Assembly: GCA_951406725.2 (NCBI GenBank)
Contig: OX597831.1
Location: 71,796,001-71,860,000 of the forward strand
Direction of reading: 5' to 3'
Length of the DNA stretch: 64,000 bases
Source of the DNA: Octopus vulgaris
Taxonomy: Eukaryota
A program made the translations under genes and the position numbers. Position 1 is the stretch's first letter, and every line of letters starts with the position of its first letter. Under the pieces are notes generated by a model. The model did no database searches. It had not been told where the DNA came from and saw nothing but the letters and a program-made list of their open reading frames with translations. Shown here in pieces: positions 51,742 through 64,000 of this stretch.

Positions 51742-52547
51742 TACATACTAGACTACCGTGACCGTTGGGTCAGCAGGAAAGTTTGAGTTTCCCACCAACG
51801 GGGTTTTGTTTCGTAGGTTTTTTTTCCTTCCCAAGTTATTTTGCATGCCTTGAAAGTGACATCGAAATCCCAAGGAAAGGAAAGGTTTGGTGGCTATTTC
51901 TTGCACACGCTGCTTCCAGGTTACAGGTATTTTGGCTCATTTAACGCAAATAGCAGTTATGTGATAGCAGGGCATGCTAGAAATACCGCCAGGTCTTTTG
52001 AAGTGAGATATTTTGAATGCATTCGAACGGTTCTTTTACGAAATATTTATGCCAAAAAAAATAGGTATTCACTTGAAAATAACTTAAAAACCATTAAGAT
52101 ATTGTCTGTTTAAAGAAAATAAAGCGTAAATACTTTGTACAAACAACTTACATCTCTGAAACCCCATTCACTTAATAATATTTCAAAATGACTAAAATAT
52201 TGTGTTTAACAAAAAAGCGAGAATAGAAACATTAACCGTAAAAAAACCAATCGTATTTTTCGTGGTCAAGTAACTGTCTAACCGAAAGGTAAGAATTACT
52301 TCCCTTCCAGAATTAAGTTAATTTCGGAGACTTTTCCCATTATTCACCGTTTTCGGTATTTATAGCCCGAAAATCCTTATTATCTTCACAACCACTTATC
52401 CGACTTATGCGAGATTTGTTTCATTTCGTTCGTATTTACATTTCAGGGAAGACTTAATTCCTAGAATGTTCCCATTATGTGCCAGTTTGGCTGAGTAACA
52501 TTGCAAGCAAGCTAGCAAGATTCAATCTGACTTTTAATGTATTATAT

Positions 52548-52655
<108 letters not shown>

Positions 52656-52966
52656 TATGTATATGTATATGCATATATGCATGTATATATTTGTGTATGT
52701 GTCTTTGTGTCAATACTTATCACCCACAACTTCTCTGCAACTAGTATTGGTGTGTTTACGTTCCCATAACATAGCTTTTTAACAAAAATGTCTAATAGAA
52801 TAAGTACCTGGCTCTAAAAGATATGTCATGGATTCGATTTGTTAAGTCACTTTGACTACGGCTCCAGCATGGCCGCAGTCAAAATGACTGAAACAAATAA
52901 AAGATAAAAGATAAAAAACATATATAGGTTTATGTGTATATATATATATATAATATAATATAATAT

Positions 52967-53026
<60 letters not shown>

Positions 53027-53685
53027 TACTTGACGCAGCCGGCAATTCCTGGCAAAGCAGGGCCTATCCCTTGGTTCCGTTCCCATAATTGTTTCGCTAA
53101 TCCAATAACAACAATACAATACGCTAGTGTTGGTATATTCGTGAATAAGTCACAAACCGAAACAAGTGGATCTGTTGTTTAGGAAAATACTATTTACATG
53201 TTTAAGGGTTGTTCTGGATAAAATAACTCTAACACTTTAAATACTAAGAAATAAGCATACACAATTTCATTTTTACCAAATAATTCAGGAAAATAAATGA
53301 GCTATTTCCCTTGGCTATATATAAGGATGTTTATATGTATGTATGTAAGTACGTATTTGCGTGTGTGTATGGATGGATGCATGTATGCATATAATTATGT
53401 ATGTATGTTTGTATGTATGTACGCATGTACGTATGTATCTATCTATCCATCTATCTATATATATGTATCTACCAACCTCTCTGTACGTATGTATGTATAT
53501 GTGTGTGTATCTATGTGGTGTATCTATGTGAGCGAGTGTATAGCGCGATGATATACACACGCATACATATTTCTCTATGCATGGAGTACATATATGTATG
53601 CATAAGTAAACAAAAATTAATACAGACATTTGCAATACAAACACACACTCAAACATACACAGATACATAAATATATACATGAATA

Positions 53686-54084
53686 TCTTTATATATAAAA
53701 GTAAGGTTTTGTGCTGTCTGTCTCCTACGATTTAGATTCCTAACTACTCCCACATTTTGCAGTGCAGTTTAACCAAAACCGGGTATCTTATAGTCGTGAT
53801 TCATATCGAGCCCTTCTGGGTATTAGCGCGCGTCTACGATGAGAGTACGATTTTAAAAATAATTTACCATCATTTTTTTCCATTTTAATGCATTTTTTCG
53901 CTATTATATAAGGGAAGTAACTCTCTAAAAATGTCTACGATGAGTCAACGATTAAAAAAAAATTTACCATCATTTGTTTTCCATTTTTAATGCATTTTTT
54001 TGCTATTTTTTGGCTATAACTCTCTAAAAATGCTTTATAGTTATTTCCCTTACAAACCCGAGCAACGCCGGGCGATACTGCTAG
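53686..54084 (+). mobile_element. Non-autonomous Helitron (~400 bp)
   Basis: A|TCTTTATATATAAAA 5' end; CCCGAGCAACGCCGGG hairpin then CTAG|T; internal ~100-bp imperfect tandem duplication. Confidence 0.85.
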
Positions 54085-54238
54085 TATGTATATTTTTTTT
54101 TCATGTTTGTTGTACACACACGTCTTTGCTAGTATATACACAGTGAAGCTATACAATAGCGTCATATTTATATCGACTGTTATTTTGCAGTAAATATTGG
54201 TGCCTCGTTGTACCATTTATCTACTTTTATTTGTGTAT

Positions 54239-54290
<52 letters not shown>

Positions 54291-55033
54291 TCATGTATTG
54301 CACGTATATATTCATAGAAATATATGCAAGTATATAAGTATAAATAAATATATATATGTACGCGTGTGTGTATGTATGTATGTATGTATGTATGTATGTA
54401 TATGTACCAACCTGCTGTTTATATTAATTTTATGTATGGACGTATGTATGCCTGCTTATATAATGTCTGTGTGTAAAAGAAAATACAAATCAAACAAAGA
54501 CAGAGAGAAAATGGAATCGTGGAAAGAAAGGAAGAAAGATAGAAAGCAAAGAAACGAAAAGGGGCGATTGAGTCTTAAGCTGGCTTCCACTGAGGGGTAT
54601 GTTATGATATTGTATTTATTTATTCTCTTGTAAGAGATCTCAGGTTTCTGGTTCAACGTCGGAAGGGACCCTTGCGCTATCAGATCACAAAGAAAGCCAC
54701 CCGGGTTAGCATTCGGGGCGAGATATACATCGCTGTGTGATCATATTTACAAAACTCTAGCAATGTATGTATGTACGTGTGTGTGTTTGTGTATTTGCGT
54801 GTGTTGTGGGTGTATTCGTGCATATGTGTGTGTTGTATTTTTGCATATTTTTTTACGGGTTCAACTAGTGACAGTGTGCAAGAATGTATGCGTGTATGTA
54901 TGTGTGTGTGCGCGCGTGCCTGTGTGCGTGTGTGTGTGATATATATATAGAGAGAGAGTGAATGAGTGAGAGATAGTGTTTATACGTGCATATGTGAGTA
55001 CGATTCTCCGTCTGCCCGTGAATGCGTAAGCGC

Positions 55034-55034
<1 letters not shown>

Positions 55035-55064
<30 letters not shown>

Positions 55065-55550
55065 TGTATGTATGTATGTATGCATGTATGTATGTATGCA
55101 TGTATGTATGTATGTATGTATGTATGTATGCATGTATGTATGGATGGATGGATGGATGTAAGTATGTATGTATGTATGTATGTATGTATGTATGTATGTA
55201 TGTATGTATGTATGTATGTATGTATGTATGTATGTATGTATGTATGTATGTATGTATGTATGTATGCATGTATGTATGTATGTATGTATGTACGTATGTA
55301 CGTATGTATGTATGTATGTACGTATGTATGTATGTATGTACGTACTACGTATGTATGTATGTATGTATGTATGTATGTAGGTAGGTAGGTAGGTAGGTAG
55401 GTAGGTAGGTTGGTAGGTTGGTGGGTAGGTAGGTTGGTGGGTAGGTAGGTAGGTAGGTAGGTAGGTAGGTAGGTAGGTAGGTAGGTAGGTAGGTAGGTAG
55501 GTAGGTAGGTAGGTAGGTAGGTAGGTAGGTAGGTAGGTAGGTAGGTAGGT
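55035..55550. repeat. (TATG)n array switching to (TAGG)n at ~55377
   Basis: Direct observation. Confidence 0.96.
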
Positions 55551-56025
55551 AAGTATGATGTAGGTATCTATGTGTACTCATATCCGAAGAATACGGAGAA
55601 GGAAAATGATGCTGATGATAATGATGATGATGATGATGATGTAGATAGTGGTAGTGGTGATAGTGGTGGTGATGTTACCGTTATTGATGACTACAGCGCT
55701 GCTACTGCTGCTGATGTTTTGAGAGAGTTCTGTTTATTATTATATATTAGATTATATAAAAACAGCATTTTATGCATGCATATGTATGTACGTACGTACA
55801 TATGTATATATGCTTCTACTTATTTATGTATGTATGCATATATATATACATACACACGCATATATATAAGTAAAACAAATTGAGTTTAAAATTTACGACA
55901 GCTGTTTCGGTAGAAATTTATTTGACTTTGAGCCCTATGTATTCATACTAAGCCATTTCTGGTGGCCTATATTTTGATGTGCCTTAATCCTTAACAATCT
56001 TCAAAACTAAATTATATATACATAC

Positions 56026-56118
<93 letters not shown>

Positions 56119-56144
56119 TATATGTTACATTACTCGATAGTCAA

Positions 56145-56202
56145 GATAAAACTCTGAGTTTCAGATGCCGAAGTGGGAATCCACGACATCTCTTCGGTTA
56201 TC
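56145..56202 (-). ncRNA. Type I hammerhead-like motif in the PLE 3' terminal repeat
   Basis: GATAA-CCGAAGA-GATG...CATC-T-GAAA-CTC-A-GAG-T-T-TTATC; core has a U4C variant. Confidence 0.65.
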
Positions 56203-56397
56203 TAGCTATTTGAAAACGCTATGAAAAAATACCGTTATACAAGGGGAAATTACTGTGTTACAACTCTGCTTGCCTGCGTATTTATACATCGCTCGCATTT
56301 TTCGCCATAAAAATTATATAAAAATACATAAAAAAATATATAAAAAATATATAAAAATATATAAAATCTTCTTGGGACATAACATAGAAAGCATGTT

Positions 56398-58503
56398 CTA
56401 TCTGTTTTCTTTAGGGGACCAAAAGCGTAACAGAAATTTAGTCACATGTGGGCATGATCCGAAAAGTTCTGTCCTTGTGTTTAGACATGTAGTAGGGTCT
56501 AAGCTGCTTTTCCAGATAAGCCATCTCTCCATGTCGCATAGACCGCACCTTCCGCTGCCGTTGGTATAGGGCTTACATCTGGCCAAAATCTTCCAATGTA
56601 TGTTATAACCGACACCTTTATCTCTTAAAGACCAAATATGATTAGATAATTGTGTCGCTTTTCTTTTGTTCCAGTGCCTAAAGCTCAAAGTGTGGTTATT
56701 GAACCTGGCCTTGAAGTTACCCTCTGTAAGGCCCACGTATTTCTTCGTCGAAACGGTGTCTTTAGTGGTTATAGAGTTTACGGTAGCTTCATATATGATG
56801 GTCTTGGACATGCAAGCTCCATTTAGCGGGCACAATTCTTTATTCCTGCATGAACAGCTGTTTTCTTGTTTTGTTTTTTGTATGTTATGTTTGATTATGT
56901 TTTTAAAATTTGTAGTGGAACTAAAACTAATTTTTAAATTGTGTCTATTGAAGAGTTTCCTATAAGTATGGTTAACTGGAAAATGTCTATCTATCAGTGC
57001 TAGGAAATATTTACCTATATTGAAGGCCACCTCGGGTGACCTTCCTATTTCTATTATTCCTTTTCCTTACTGTTGGGCTAGTAATCTGTGTATATTTTAT
57101 TTTTTCGCTAAAACCACTATCTTTTAAAGCCTTATTATAAACTGGGGCAACGCTATTGAAGATGTCCTTATCAGAGGAGAGGCTAGAAATCCTCTTACTA
57201 ATATTTTTAACTAAATTTTTGAATACTATAGGGGGATGGCATGAACCTACATTAATATAACTTAGTCTATCATTGGGCTTCCTATAAGGCTTATAAATAT
57301 TCTTATTAAGATCTAAGGAAACGTCTAAGAAATTGACAACCGTCAGGTTAGTATCTATAGTTATACTAAGTCCGAAGTATTTCATTAACTGGATAATATC
57401 CTTCCTAAAACGATCTTGTGCTGGTCCATTTGTATTAGCTGTTAAGGCGAGGGCATCATCTTTGTAGATGGCGAAATGTACGTCAGGGAATGTCTTACCT
57501 AAGGTATCTAGGAGAAAAAGTCCAATTAGATCGCAGATGCCTGCCCCATCATATGAACCCATGCTCACATTGAAAGCGCCCTCTGTGTCGGTGTTTTTTA
57601 CCCAATTTGCGTTCTCACTGAAAAGTAAGGTCTTTCTAGCATGGAAGATTATGTCCTTATCATTTGTACTAATTTCTATGAAGTCGCTAGCGAAGACGAG
57701 GGCTTTATCTAGCAGTTCTTTAGAGATAGAGGCATAAAAATCAACAATATCGAATTGTGTAAACCTCGCTTTTTTCTTATTCTTAAAGGCTTTAAACCAG
57801 TCTACGACTTCTATACTATTGGACCATTGTACTAGCCTAGTATCGGTCTTAATTTTCGCATTTATTTTATCTAAAATTTCTTTACTAATAATCCCAAGTT
57901 CTGACTTGGCTGGGTTGATAAGCCTACATTTAGGGTTGGAAAGGAATTTTTCTTTGTGATCTTTAATAGTAATAAAGGCCTCTTTTTGGGGGAGGGCTTC
58001 TATTTTTTTTTTATCTAATTTAAGTTTAGCGGCGATGACGCTAGCTTCTTTATTAATTTCGTTATATGTCTGTGCCCTGGCCTTAGTGTAATTATTAATG
58101 ATGCTGTTGTGTAAGAGTTGTGTGTATTTGCTGTTATCTACCAGGTATAAGTTTTTAGTTTTGTCCGAAAAAAGTGCTTTTTTCTTGGAGCTGTTTATAT
58201 GTTTAATATCTTTTTTCAATTTATGCTGGAAATCGTTAAAAGACTTACGAAATTTTATTTTGCTCATAATTTTCAGCAGGTCCGCTTCGAAATCTTCCAA
58301 GCCTTTAATCCTGGGAGGGAATTTTTGGATTTTATACGATAGAAAGTGTTTTCCGTGGTGTCCGCTTCTGTATCAAAAAAGAAAGCCTTCCATCTCATGC
58401 GCTTAATTAGATCAGTAATTTTCTGTAGAAGTTTCTTAGAGTAAAATTCCTTTGATGGGATCGGTATATTTTTCATAGAATAATCTATGTGATATGCATC
58501 CAT
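56398..58503 (-). pseudogene. PLE reverse transcriptase / GIY-YIG endonuclease, two frame disruptions
   Basis: Motifs YSMKNIPIPS..IKRMRWKAFFF, ITIKDHKE, RLINPAKSELG, FDIVDFYASI, MGSYDGA, YKDD, NFLDV, CSCRNKELCPLNGAC, IIYEA..KYVGLT, RCGLC. The frame shifts at an A5 run (~58324) and at ~57035, where the usual WFNPP motif is missing. Confidence 0.92.
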
Positions 58504-59074
58504 ATTAAATTCTTCTGTGTTTGAGAGTCCTCAACCGATGTTAGGCGATAATCCAAAAAGGCTGTATTAGCTCTTAGTTGAGAATAACGTCGTCCGGGAG
58601 GTGATTTATTGATAAAACGGTAAGATAACAAAAGAAAAAAAGAGACCTCAATATTATGTAAATAGAGGAAATTTATCTATACAATTATATGTTACATTAC
58701 TCGATAGTCAAGATAAAACTCTGAGTTTTAGATGCCGTGTATATATATATATATGTATATATATATATGTATATATATGTATGTATATATGTGTGTGTGT
58801 TTGTGTGTCCGTGTTTGTCCTCCCACCATCGCTTGACAACCGATGCTGGTGTGTTTACATCCCCGTACCCTAGCGGTTCGGCAAAAACGCCCGGTGGGAT
58901 AAGTACTAGGCTTACAAAGAATAAGTCCTGGGGTCGATTTGACTGAAACAAGTAAAAGAATGAAAGAATAAAAGAATATATACATAGTTGAAATTTACAG
59001 ATAAACAAAAGACGAAGTCAGGTCTCTGAACAACAAGCAGGTGTATTAGTTTGTCGAGCGGGAAAGCGGGAAAT

Positions 59075-59121
<47 letters not shown>

Positions 59122-59130
59122 CTCTCTCTA

Positions 59131-59231
<101 letters not shown>

Positions 59232-59959
59232 GTATATATATATATATATATATATGCATACATACATATAAACATACAGTGCAAGATGGAAATGGTCTTA
59301 TGTTATTTTGACTACGTATAAGATATTATTTTGTAATTTCAAGTCCGTTGCAAGCGTTTTACTGAATCGTTGTGTATAGTAGAAAAATTATTATAATTAA
59401 TTCTTGCTTCCTATTTTCCCGTCTATATCATAAATAGGCTTTTGATACTTCCTTGACTATTTACCGGCTTAACGAGCCTCAAGCATCTACACGGCATATC
59501 AGGAAAGACGCTAATGAATGTATGTATGGATATATACATATGTGCGGATGTTTGGTGTCTCTATTTACGATAAAACGCGGCTGTGTCAACGACCTTACAA
59601 ACCATGTACGGAAGTATCACTACGAGTTCTGCAATATATTCCAAGTGAACAAACTACGTATAGCATGACTAGATTCCGACCATTTTCTTGGAGTCACGAA
59701 CAACCATCATTAAATGCGTTATTAGAATCTCTGCCTCTCCCCCTCTCTCTCTCTCTTTCTCTCTCTCTTTTTTTTTTCTCTCTCTTTCTCTCCTTATTTG
59801 GCTATATATGTGTGCATCTGTGTGTGTGTGAGCGCATATATATATATATTGACAATTTTGTGTCTTTTTTTCGGCATATTTGGCATTAGAATTTTTCTTT
59901 TGTCCTTATTTTATAAGTGATTTACATATGTATATATATATATATATATATATACTGTT

Positions 59960-60294
59960 GGTGCAGGCGTGGCTGTGTGGTAAGAAGCTTGCTTCCCAAC
60001 CACATGGTTCCAGGTTCAGTCCCACTGCGTGTCATCTTGGGCAATATTTCCTACTATAACCTCGGGCCGACCAATGCCTTGTGAATGGATTTGGTAGACG
60101 GAAGCTGAAAGAAGCCCGTCGTATGTGTGTGTGTGTGTCCACCATCGCTTAACAACCAATGCTGGTGTGTTTGCAAAAAACCTTGATAAAATAAGTAATA
60201 GGCTTACAACGAATAAATCCTGGGGTCGATCTGTTCGACTAAAGGTGGTGCTCCAGCACGGCCGCAGTTAAATGACTGAAACAATGAAAAGAAT
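59960..60294 (+). mobile_element. SINE family S1, full length
   Basis: GGTGCAGGCGTGGCTGTGTGGTAAG head through to the GACTGAAACAA tail. Confidence 0.88.
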
Positions 60295-60315
60295 ATACAT
60301 GTATATATATCTATA

Positions 60316-61750
60316 GCGTGTTTCCCTGAAAATAAGACTCGGTCTTATATTAATTTTGCATCCCAAAAACGCACTAGGGCTTATTTTCGGAGAATGTCAT
60401 ATTTTTGCGGAAAAATCCATGAAAAGGAAAAGAAAACAGTAAAAAGGAAAACCGTGTTTTTAGTTGTCAAAAGTTTATTTATTTGCTTAATATTTTTAGT
60501 CAAGTACTCCTTTGGAGCATCATCATAAATCATCAAACCCAGGACTTCAGACTGAATTTCTTGCAAATCCATTTCCTGTATGATCATGGACCCCAATCTT
60601 TCATGTTTGGCAATATAACTTTCCTTAAATGAGCTCTTTTTGTCCAAGTACCCTGAATGCAGTGCATTGGCAACGCAACTGTAAGTAATTTTATTACATG
60701 AATTCTTCACCCAATTCAAGACTTCTTGGAGGTTGTATGACAAAGTCTCCATGCTGATTTCTCTCCATTCTATCCGCAAATAATCTTTGAAGGGCTTGTT
60801 ACAAGATCTAATGTTTGTAGATATAAAGTCATTCCCGTTGTAATCATTATGTATTCAATTCTTCTTTCAGAAAGGAAGGTTTTCATATCTTTTATACGAT
60901 GAGTATTGGCTGAATCCCAGACTAAAAGACATCTTTGAGAACCACATAAAATAATCAACCCGTTTTCTTATAACAGCTTGTGTGCACCAAGCCTTTTCCG
61001 TTTCAAGGACATAAATGCCCGAAACTCGTTCCATTCTCTTTTTTTTCTTTTTCTGCCTTTTGTGATGGTAAGCGGTAAGACTTTTGTTTCATTAAGACGA
61101 ATTGCTAAAACTAAAATACAAGTAACTCTTGCCCTTTCGTAACTCGTTGAGGCAACGTAGATTGACGAGGCATCTGTCAGTTGAATTGTTGTTTTAGATC
61201 ATTGGCCCATAAATACTGCAGTCTCATCCATAGCAATTATATTGGAGAAATTGTATTTGGAAAAGTCATCAACAAAGCACTTGAATGCAAGTGCACGTTG
61301 AATCACTTCAGCATCCTCCAAATTGAACAGTGTTATTGATCTTCTTAGCGAAAGAGCTCATATCGCCGAAGGAAGTTATCCAACCAAGGAAGTGATGCGT
61401 TGAATATCTCTTGGGGTACATCCAACTGTGGTGCCATTGCAAGAGCAAATTTTTTAATGTTAGTCCTGCGTACAACCGAAGCCTTTGTTCTTCTGTCAGG
61501 AATCCATCCCGAGGTGATATCTTCCAGCTCTGAAAATAACGGCTATCGACTTGATCCGCATTTGCGCTTCTTAGCAACTCCCTCATCCACCTGTCTGCTG
61601 AGATTATCATACTCTGCTTGCCATTTTCGAACCATTCGGAGATCCAACATCTTCTCCTCACAGAATGCCGTAAGATTCTTGTTATGTGACTCTTCCACAA
61701 TTCCTTTCTTGTACTCCACGGAATCACTCTTTCTTTTTGCACTCGTCTTG
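60316..61750 (-). mobile_element. pogo/Tigger-like DNA transposon remnant
   Basis: End TA|GCGTGTTTCCCTGAAAATAAGAC. Decayed peptides AMDETAVF, RARVTCIL, KAWCTQ, LLVWDSANTH, GMTLYLQTLDL; many frameshifts. Confidence 0.85.
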
Positions 61751-62104
61751 CCTGGGGGACAAGGCAGTCAGGCCAAGGGAGTTTAGCCAAGCTGCGGTAG
61801 TTGGTTTATTTTGCATTTTGGTATGTTTAAGTCCCCGTAGCTTAGCGGTTCAGCAAAAGAACCCGATAGAATAAGTACTAGGATTACAAAGAATAAGTCC
61901 TAGTGTCGATTTATTCGACTAAAGGTGGTGCTCCAGCATGGCCGCAGTGAAATGACTGAAACATGTAAAAGAACATATATATATATATATACATTATATA
62001 AATAAATATGTGTGTGTGCATGTGTGTGTGTGTGTGTTAAATAAAATGAGGCAACAAAGCCGACGCTGTGTGGAATTTATAGGACATTTATAAAGAGGAA
62101 GTTA

Positions 62105-62152
62105 GTCTTACAGCTGCTTCTGGGATGTTAGGGATATCCCTTCATCAGAGAC
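62105..62152 (-). ncRNA. Degenerate type I minimal hammerhead
   Basis: GTCT-CTGATGA-A-GGGAT..ATCCC-A-GAAG-CAGCTG-TA-AGAC; GAAG instead of GAAA. Confidence 0.5.
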
Positions 62153-62679
62153 GATATGAGAGAGTTAACAAGAGGGAAATAGTAGAGTTCAATATAAAGA
62201 GTTATTTTGGAAAAGGGTGGATAAAGGAAGTATAAAGGGAAATAGGAGAAAAGAGATAAAGGTAAAAATATATATAGGATGTTACAGTTGCAGTCCTATT
62301 GTCCAAGAAAAATGCTGTGTAGAATGGGTAGAATTCCGATAGGAGTTCATATTTTGTTATTATAAGTGGATAGAGTGGATAGATAAATTCCATGTGTTGT
62401 TCATTCAGACATGTGCTGCTCATTCAAACATTGTGATGTGAATGAAATTTTGAGAACGTACTGGTAGGGGTAAGCACAGTGAGAGGTGAGAATAGATATG
62501 TATGCTAGTAGGAGAATGGTATTAGTCAAAAGGATATAAGAAAAATGAAAAAAGCAGTGCTAGATGATGGTCAAGATATTGTGAGGAGGATGGGAGAGGT
62601 GATCTATAAAGATAAAAAAAATAGGGCGAGCGATAGAAAGAAGACATAAGAATGTAAGGAGGGAATATGTGAGAGAAGT

Positions 62680-63299
62680 GTGATTCGTATACAACTGGCT
62701 AAACAAAATTCAGGAGCTACTCGAAATGTTCCATCAAAGCACCAACGAGGAGAGATTTTTTAGAAATTCTATGCTTTTAGCCCTTCCAAATATCAAAATC
62801 CTCTTACCGTCAAACGTTGATTCATGCAACAAAAGATTTTCCCCATTGGCTGTTTTTACACAGTTTTCAGGTATAATAAGATCTTGAGCACACGATGACA
62901 ACGGCAAATGATTTCTTTTCTTGTGTTTACAGCGTCTTACATCTAGTCGAAGGATATGGAAGAAAGGTAGTTCTGTAGCTATCTCTTCCGATATAGACGT
63001 ACAAACTTCGGCAATGATTTGTCCTGTAGCCTCTTCAGTTTCTGTTGAAGGTTTTTTTAAATTTCTTGAAACACTTTTGCAGCTTCACACTTCAGTGTAT
63101 TTGGTTCATGTGTGTGACTGTGTAATTGTTCGATAATCTCACCTTGCCACATTTCTACCTTTCGTTTACATGACGCCTTATACCTCCGTCGTTCACATTC
63201 GTAAGATACCACACCATTTTCCAAATCTTTCTGCTTTTCGTAAACATATCCCTCATGAAATAATTTCACATTTCCTTTGTTACTCTTCACAAGCTCCAT
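62680..63299 (-). pseudogene. MULE (Mutator-like) transposase remnant with FLYWCH-type domain
   Basis: SNKGNVKLFHEGYVY..YECERR..CK..HSHTHEP, then RILIFG and WCFDGTFRVAP / QLYT; stops and frameshifts. Confidence 0.8.
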
Positions 63300-63487
63300 C
63301 TTCTATGGGCGGACTTTTAGCCGGTTTAAAAAAAATCTTCACCGCCTTGAGGACAACTATATAAACCTTTAAAAAATAAATAAAACAAGCAAGCGACTGT
63401 ACTACTATTTTAATAAGAAACTTTAAAAAAGCAAGGCAATTCATCAGTTTATAACGAACAAGGTAATTCATCAATTCTTCAATATTC

Positions 63488-63990
63488 CAGAGAATTTGCA
63501 GCAAATTTTGCCAAAAGCTTGGCGATACTTGTTCAGAGGCCTACGCAAAGTTTAAAAAAACTTTTCATGTTTCTCGGCACAATCAAGGGGGTTTTGTGCA
63601 ACTGAAACCGGAGTGTCTTTTTGGTCAGCTGAAAGCAGTTTTGGCACAAACTTGGCAGACATGCGTCTCATACCCAAATCTTCAGTGATAATAGACTGAA
63701 CTGTAACTAATCTGCACATCCTCTGATAACTCACTGATGGTGATTCGATGAGTTCCCATCCCATCGCACGCACATCTGCGATGTTTTTCTCAGTTCTACT
63801 GGTTGCAGGTCTCCCGGAACGTTCGTTGCTATCGACATTTTTCGGCCATCTTGGAAACGTCTGAACTACTCGTACACTCATGTGCGGCCCATACACTCCT
63901 CTCCATACACTTTCTGCGACTTTGCGTAGGCCTCTGAGTAGGTATCACCATGACAACTTTTTCTTTCATGGTCAATGCGACGATCACACG
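63488..63990 (-). pseudogene. mariner transposase N-terminal remnant with a short inverted copy
   Basis: ERSGRPATS, QSIITEDLGMRRMSAKFVPKLLSADQK. Plus-strand 63489-63552 encodes QRICSKFCQKLGDTCSEAYAK, matching minus 63920-63950. Confidence 0.82.
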
Positions 63991-64000
63991 CTACACACCT

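Larger units (their letters stand above)
56113..58737 (-). mobile_element. Near full-length Penelope-like retroelement, Naiad-type, inserted in (TA)n
   Basis: ~58-bp terminal direct repeat TACAATTATATGTTACATTACTCG...GATGCCG at 56113-56170 and 58680-58737; RT plus GIY-YIG ORF; hammerhead in the 3' end. Confidence 0.92.

Noticed and set aside
51748-52470. Possible Helitron 3' end (hairpin plus CTAG on the minus strand)
   Set aside because: No 5' terminus identified.
54634-54704. GC-richer stretch with possible splice sites
   Set aside because: All frames are open and no homology is recognisable.

Overview
Eukaryotic, AT-rich, repeat-saturated non-coding DNA. It is most likely intronic or intergenic octopus (coleoid cephalopod) sequence, inferred from the SINE families and the (TA)n/(TATG)n/(CA)n load. 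No host protein-coding gene can be supported, and nearly all ORFs in the track are microsatellite or SINE read-throughs. The window holds three tRNA-derived SINE families and a near full-length but disrupted Naiad-type Penelope-like retroelement (PLE; 56.1-58.7 kb, minus). It also holds a second PLE fragment, an L1/Tx1 LINE fragment, Tc1 (DD36E spacing), mariner, pogo, MULE/FLYWCH and Helitron remnants. The most interesting signal is RNA-structural: many short non-coding elements sitting in (TA)n tracts carry hammerhead-ribozyme (HHR) motifs. These include (i) four copies with covarying stems in which the three HHR strands are in a non-circularly permuted, pseudoknotted order, and (ii) a 361-bp tandem plus inverted retrozyme-like unit with a compensatory U3-A8 core. 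There is also a recurring pattern of local inverted duplications abutting (TA)n tracts. All structures were read by eye; none was computed or tested.
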